DNA of 64,000 nucleotides from an uncultured Candidatus Saccharibacteria bacterium (GTDB lineage Bacteria; Patescibacteriota; Minisyncoccia; JBAYJV01): NCBI GenBank assembly GCA_964577395.1, contig CAZNYQ010000008.1, positions 57,319 to 121,318 of the forward strand, read 5' to 3'. Shown piece by piece: positions 60,799 to 64,000 of this stretch (position 1 is its first letter; each line of letters starts with the position of its first letter). The notes under the pieces were generated by a model. It saw only the letters and a program-made list of their open reading frames with translations, ran no database searches and was not told where the DNA came from. The position numbers and the translations under genes were made by a program.

Positions 60799-61743
60799 TT
60801 AATTATTATCCCCACTTTTATAAAAATTAGCTGCTTTTTCAGGACTAACAGTAACTATGATATCTCCTCCGCTTAATTCAAAACCACCCGAGGTATTAAG
60901 ACGAGGTAAAAGCTCAATATGCCAATGAAAGTCTTGATTATAAGGTCCGTACTGAATATAAAAACAATAGGGTGCATCAACTGTTTGTAATCTTTTAAGA
61001 ATCTTTTTTAAAATTTCAGCTAAGGCAAAATATTGCTTCTCCTTTAGTTTAGTTAAATTATTCATATGTTGCTTGGGGAAAATCCATACTTCGTAATTAA
61101 ACCTTGGTGCATAAGGACAAAAAGCTGTAAAATCTTTGTTTTCAAAAACTTGTCGAGGACCTTTCGATTCATCTTCAATAATTCTACAATAAGGACAATA
61201 TTTAAATTTATTGTAAGTTTCTAGTTCATCTTTTACAGAATGAGGTATTCTTTTTGTAGCAATAACTTGAGAATGGCTGTGAACAATCGAGGCACCAGCT
61301 TCTTTGCCTTTATTTTTAAAAACAGAAACATAATTAATATTAGGTAACTTTTCTAGCTCCTGAATTCTGTAATTATAAACTTTTAAAAGAGCAGCAATGT
61401 GATCATTAGATAAATCTGCTAATTGTCTTTTATCCGGTGTCTCCACTATAACTTCTTGAAGCCCATAAGCAGTTTCAGCAAAAAAGAATTGATTGTTACT
61501 GATATTAGAACTTTCTTTAGCACTTAGGGCAGGAAATTTATTAGGCATCCATCTAATCAACCATTTTTTGCGTTTTTCAATAATTCTCCCCTTTTCTGGT
61601 GGCGTCTGCGCTTCTCTACCAGAACAAAAAGGACAGTTTCGGGGATGAGGAGTATGTTTAATTTTTTTAAAATGCTGGGGTCGCTTATTTCTTTGTGGGC
61701 TAATATATGTCCAGCGATCTAAAATATAATCTTTACGAAGCAT
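60799..61743 (-). CDS. GalT-family (HIT-like) hexose-1-phosphate nucleotidyltransferase
   Basis: CPFCSG zinc motif and FKNKGKEAGASIVHSHSQ active-site H-x-H-x-Q, as in galactose-1-phosphate uridylyltransferase. Confidence 0.7.
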   Translation of the reverse strand: MLRKDYILDRWTYISPQRNKRPQHFKKIKHTPHPRNCPFCSGREAQTPPEKGRIIEKRKKWLIRWMPNKFPALSAKESSNISNNQFFFAETAYGLQEVIVETPDKRQLADLSNDHIAALLKVYNYRIQELEKLPNINYVSVFKNKGKEAGASIVHSHSQVIATKRIPHSVKDELETYNKFKYCPYCRIIEDESKGPRQVFENKDFTAFCPYAPRFNYEVWIFPKQHMNNLTKLKEKQYFALAEILKKILKRLQTVDAPYCFYIQYGPYNQDFHWHIELLPRLNTSGGFELSGGDIIVTVSPEKAANFYKSGDNN

Positions 61744-61756
61744 AAAATATAGATGA

Positions 61757-63520
61757 TTAACTAATAACTTTTTTATAAGCTTTAATGTAGTGTTTAATTA
61801 ACTTGCTCCAGCTAGCATTAAGAGACAAGTTACTAGCACCAATTTTATTCTGCACCCTTTCATAGTATGAAAAAGAAGCATATTTATGCAAAACATTGGC
61901 CAAAGAATTAATCGCTGTTTGATAACTTTTTTGATAACGGTCAATAACAAAAATACCAGGATACTTTTTATTTTTTAAATTAGGTTTGACGAAACGACCA
62001 AAACCTGCTAAATCAGTTGTAACCGATACCACCCCTAGAGAGGCAGTCTCGAGAGGTGTATATCCCCACGGCTCATAATATGAAGGAAAAACGCCTAAAT
62101 GAGCTCCCTGAATACATTCTTTGTAAGATAGATTTAAAAGTCCGTCTGATCCAGTTAAGTAAGTAGGATAAACAATTATTTTTACTTTATCCTCTGGTCG
62201 ATTAAGCAAGCCTTTTTCTTTAATCTTGTTTAACATAGAATCCTGCTTTTCATTAACTAGATTATAAGTACAAATAGAAGGAAAATCGCCGGGGGCCTTA
62301 AGTCGCAAAAGTTTTCTTTTCAACTCTCTTAGGGTATCTTTTTCAAACAATAGATCAGCCGTAATTTTATTCCCAGCCATAAGATTATATAAGATATTGC
62401 TTTCAGTGGTAACGTGAGTTTCATCTAAAGTTTGCTCAACATTAGCAAAAATCTCACGAGCTTCTCTAATAACTGGCTTAATACTGCTAACATTAGCAGG
62501 CACCCAAAAGAAAGCAATAATCGTTTTACTTTTAGAATCTTTTTTTAGTTTTTCATTTAAATTCTTTAAGGCATCTATAAATAAATCAATGCCTTTATTA
62601 TGAAACTCGTACCTACCAGAGATAAAGTAAAAAAGACTCTGTCTTATATCAAAACTATAATAAGGGAAAAAATAATATAATAAAAATTCTCTCATTCTAT
62701 CACGTTGAAGGCGATGAGAAACTGAAATATCCTCAAAAGTTAAATTATGATCAATATCTAAACCATTAGGAAGTAAAATATCAGGTTTTCTGCCTAAAAA
62801 ATGTTCTACCTCTAAAGAAGTAATTTCACTAACAGTAGTCATTAAGTCACAATTTAAGCATGCCGCTTTTTCGGTTAAATGTTTTGCTGTAATGCCAATT
62901 TCAGCAGCTTTTTGATCAGCGTTAATATCTTGGATATGTTCATAAATAGGATAATTACTACCCGCCAAAGAACGTCCTAAGAAAGTAGCATGAGTTGTAA
63001 AAACTTTTTTAATAACAGTATCTCTACTTTTAAGATACAACAGTGATGGCGCGCTGAGCCATTCATGGGCATGAAGGACAATCTTTTCATTTTTATAGAT
63101 TGATTGAATATGACTTAAAAGTTTTCCGACACACCAAGACCAAAGAACAGGATCGTCATAATCAGAGGGAGCATTTAATGAATCAATCCCAAATTTTTCC
63201 CATAGTTGTTTTTTGATATTATTTAAATGATGTCTATAACCATTAAAATCAATTAAAATAACATTGGGCTCCCCTTTGATTAGCCATTTCCCCCAGTGAC
63301 AATTAATACCTTCTTTTTGTAAAGCTTCGAAATGTGGCCTTAATTTTTCTGGAGGTGTTAATGGCTCAAATTCACCTCGGGCTTTATCCATAAAATATGG
63401 ACCAATAAGAATATAATTGTCTTTTAAATTATCAATCATATAAGAAGCCTTGCTTGAAATCACTGTATAAATACCGCCGTATTTATTGCAAACTTCCCAA
63501 GATGTTTCAAAAATAAACAT
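61757..63520 (-). CDS. Glycogen synthase, GT3 (eukaryote-type, UDP-glucose dependent)
   Basis: N-terminus FETSWEVCNKYGGIYTV...IGPYF closely matches the GT3 glycogen synthase signature (FEVAWEVANKVGGIYTV...VGPY). Confidence 0.8.
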   Translation of the reverse strand: MFIFETSWEVCNKYGGIYTVISSKASYMIDNLKDNYILIGPYFMDKARGEFEPLTPPEKLRPHFEALQKEGINCHWGKWLIKGEPNVILIDFNGYRHHLNNIKKQLWEKFGIDSLNAPSDYDDPVLWSWCVGKLLSHIQSIYKNEKIVLHAHEWLSAPSLLYLKSRDTVIKKVFTTHATFLGRSLAGSNYPIYEHIQDINADQKAAEIGITAKHLTEKAACLNCDLMTTVSEITSLEVEHFLGRKPDILLPNGLDIDHNLTFEDISVSHRLQRDRMREFLLYYFFPYYSFDIRQSLFYFISGRYEFHNKGIDLFIDALKNLNEKLKKDSKSKTIIAFFWVPANVSSIKPVIREAREIFANVEQTLDETHVTTESNILYNLMAGNKITADLLFEKDTLRELKRKLLRLKAPGDFPSICTYNLVNEKQDSMLNKIKEKGLLNRPEDKVKIIVYPTYLTGSDGLLNLSYKECIQGAHLGVFPSYYEPWGYTPLETASLGVVSVTTDLAGFGRFVKPNLKNKKYPGIFVIDRYQKSYQTAINSLANVLHKYASFSYYERVQNKIGASNLSLNASWSKLIKHYIKAYKKVIS

Positions 63521-63534
63521 AATAAATTAAATAA

Positions 63535-64000
63535 TTAAGAAATAATTCTATTCTCTAAATCTCTTAAAACATTCATATAATTAATATATGACTCGTAAGG
63601 AGATTCATAGGGGTTAAAATATTTATGAACATCACCATCAGAAAACCATTTAGTACACATATAGTAAAAATGATCAGACGTCTGTAATTTTCTCCATGCA
63701 TCTAATAATTGTTTATCTTTTTTCTTAGCTATCTTATCTTCCAAATTATATAAATCAGCTAAGGCTGATTGCTGTAATTCATTACCCATCCAAGCAGAGA
63801 GATCCCTTTCTGTATCTGCCCACGTTAAGGGCTCTGTTATATGAAGACTTCCGATTGATTTATTCTGATTTAAAGCTTCGATCGGAGTAATAAATTGAAA
63901 ATCTTCTCTTTGGGCAATTTTTAAAATTAAATCTTCTAAAAACTCAAAAATACCAGTTTCTTGCCATTGATGTTCTCCGAAAGTTTCATAATCCATAAAA
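63535..64000 (-). CDS. GH57-family glycoside hydrolase, C-terminal part (gene continues beyond window end)
   Basis: DYETFGEH and SDHFYYM resemble the conserved GH57 motifs (DGETFGHH / SSDW region). The true start lies beyond coordinate 64000. Confidence 0.5.
   Translation of the reverse strand, partial: FMDYETFGEHQWQETGIFEFLEDLILKIAQREDFQFITPIEALNQNKSIGSLHITEPLTWADTERDLSAWMGNELQQSALADLYNLEDKIAKKKDKQLLDAWRKLQTSDHFYYMCTKWFSDGDVHKYFNPYESPYESYINYMNVLRDLENRIIS

Noticed and set aside
1-64000. Alternative genetic code (UGA recoding as in some CPR lineages)
   Set aside because: Conserved genes terminate at TGA as well as TAA/TAG at the expected positions. For example, the 190-aa ORF ends with TGA, and ribosomal proteins have normal lengths. 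The standard bacterial code fits.
1-64000. CRISPR arrays, transposases, integrases, rRNA operon
   Set aside because: No regularly spaced repeats, no DDE or tyrosine recombinase-like ORFs, and no rRNA-like GC-rich kilobase blocks were seen. The only repeat is the 55-bp pair at 2518 and 3158.

Overview
This is an AT-rich (about 30% GC), tightly packed bacterial segment with standard stop-codon usage; TGA reads as stop. The gene content is consistent with a small-genome, CPR/Patescibacteria-like organism. No L30 gene is present, ORFs are short, and ribosomal proteins carry lysine-rich extensions. This assignment is an inference. No rRNA, tRNA, CRISPR array, transposase or integrase was found. 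Where a CDS start given below differs from the ORF track (rplM, murA, tuf, rplC), I moved it to the first ATG that matches the family N-terminus, because the track extends ORFs to upstream GTG/TTG codons.

Layout, + strand (3-33158):
- 3-641: HAD-like hydrolase.
- 641-1034: GC-rich non-coding block.
- 1034-1507: free-standing YbaK/ProX aminoacyl-tRNA deacylase.
- 1623-5223: accessory patch with a frameshifted RhuM/Fic-Doc pseudogene, a membrane ORF bracketed by a roughly 55-bp direct repeat, and three lineage-specific membrane or secreted proteins.
- 5518-8785: ybeY, ftsA, ftsZ.
- 8881-27924: rearranged ribosomal super-cluster rpoA-rplQ-rplM-rpsI-[murA-mreB]-rpsL-rpsG-fusA-tuf-rpsJ-rplC-rplD-rplW-rplB-rpsS-rplV-rpsC-rplP-rpmC-rpsQ-rplN-rplX-rplE-rpsZ-rpsH-rplF-rplR-secY-adk. 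rpsE, rpmD and rplO are missing between rplR and secY.
- 28011-33158: map, ruvX, a small membrane protein, tpiA, pgk and an orphan ATP-grasp enzyme.

Layout, - strand (33669-64000):
- ddl, an M23 peptidase, gltX and an unassigned 190-aa protein.
- A dcw block murG-ftsW-murD-murI-mraY plus a PBP5-like carboxypeptidase.
- serS, lysS, greA, folD, a short proS lacking the INS editing domain, rseP, frr, a holB-like gene, two GT4 glycosyltransferases and murB.
- A 552-aa protein with an N-terminal helix-turn-helix, then mltG.
- A eukaryote-like glycogen cluster: a GDE_C-type glucosidase, a GalT-like uridylyltransferase, a GT3 glycogen synthase and a partial GH57 enzyme.

Several sigma70-like promoters and intrinsic terminators are visible. 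Coordinates of non-CDS features are approximate (plus or minus 2 nt).
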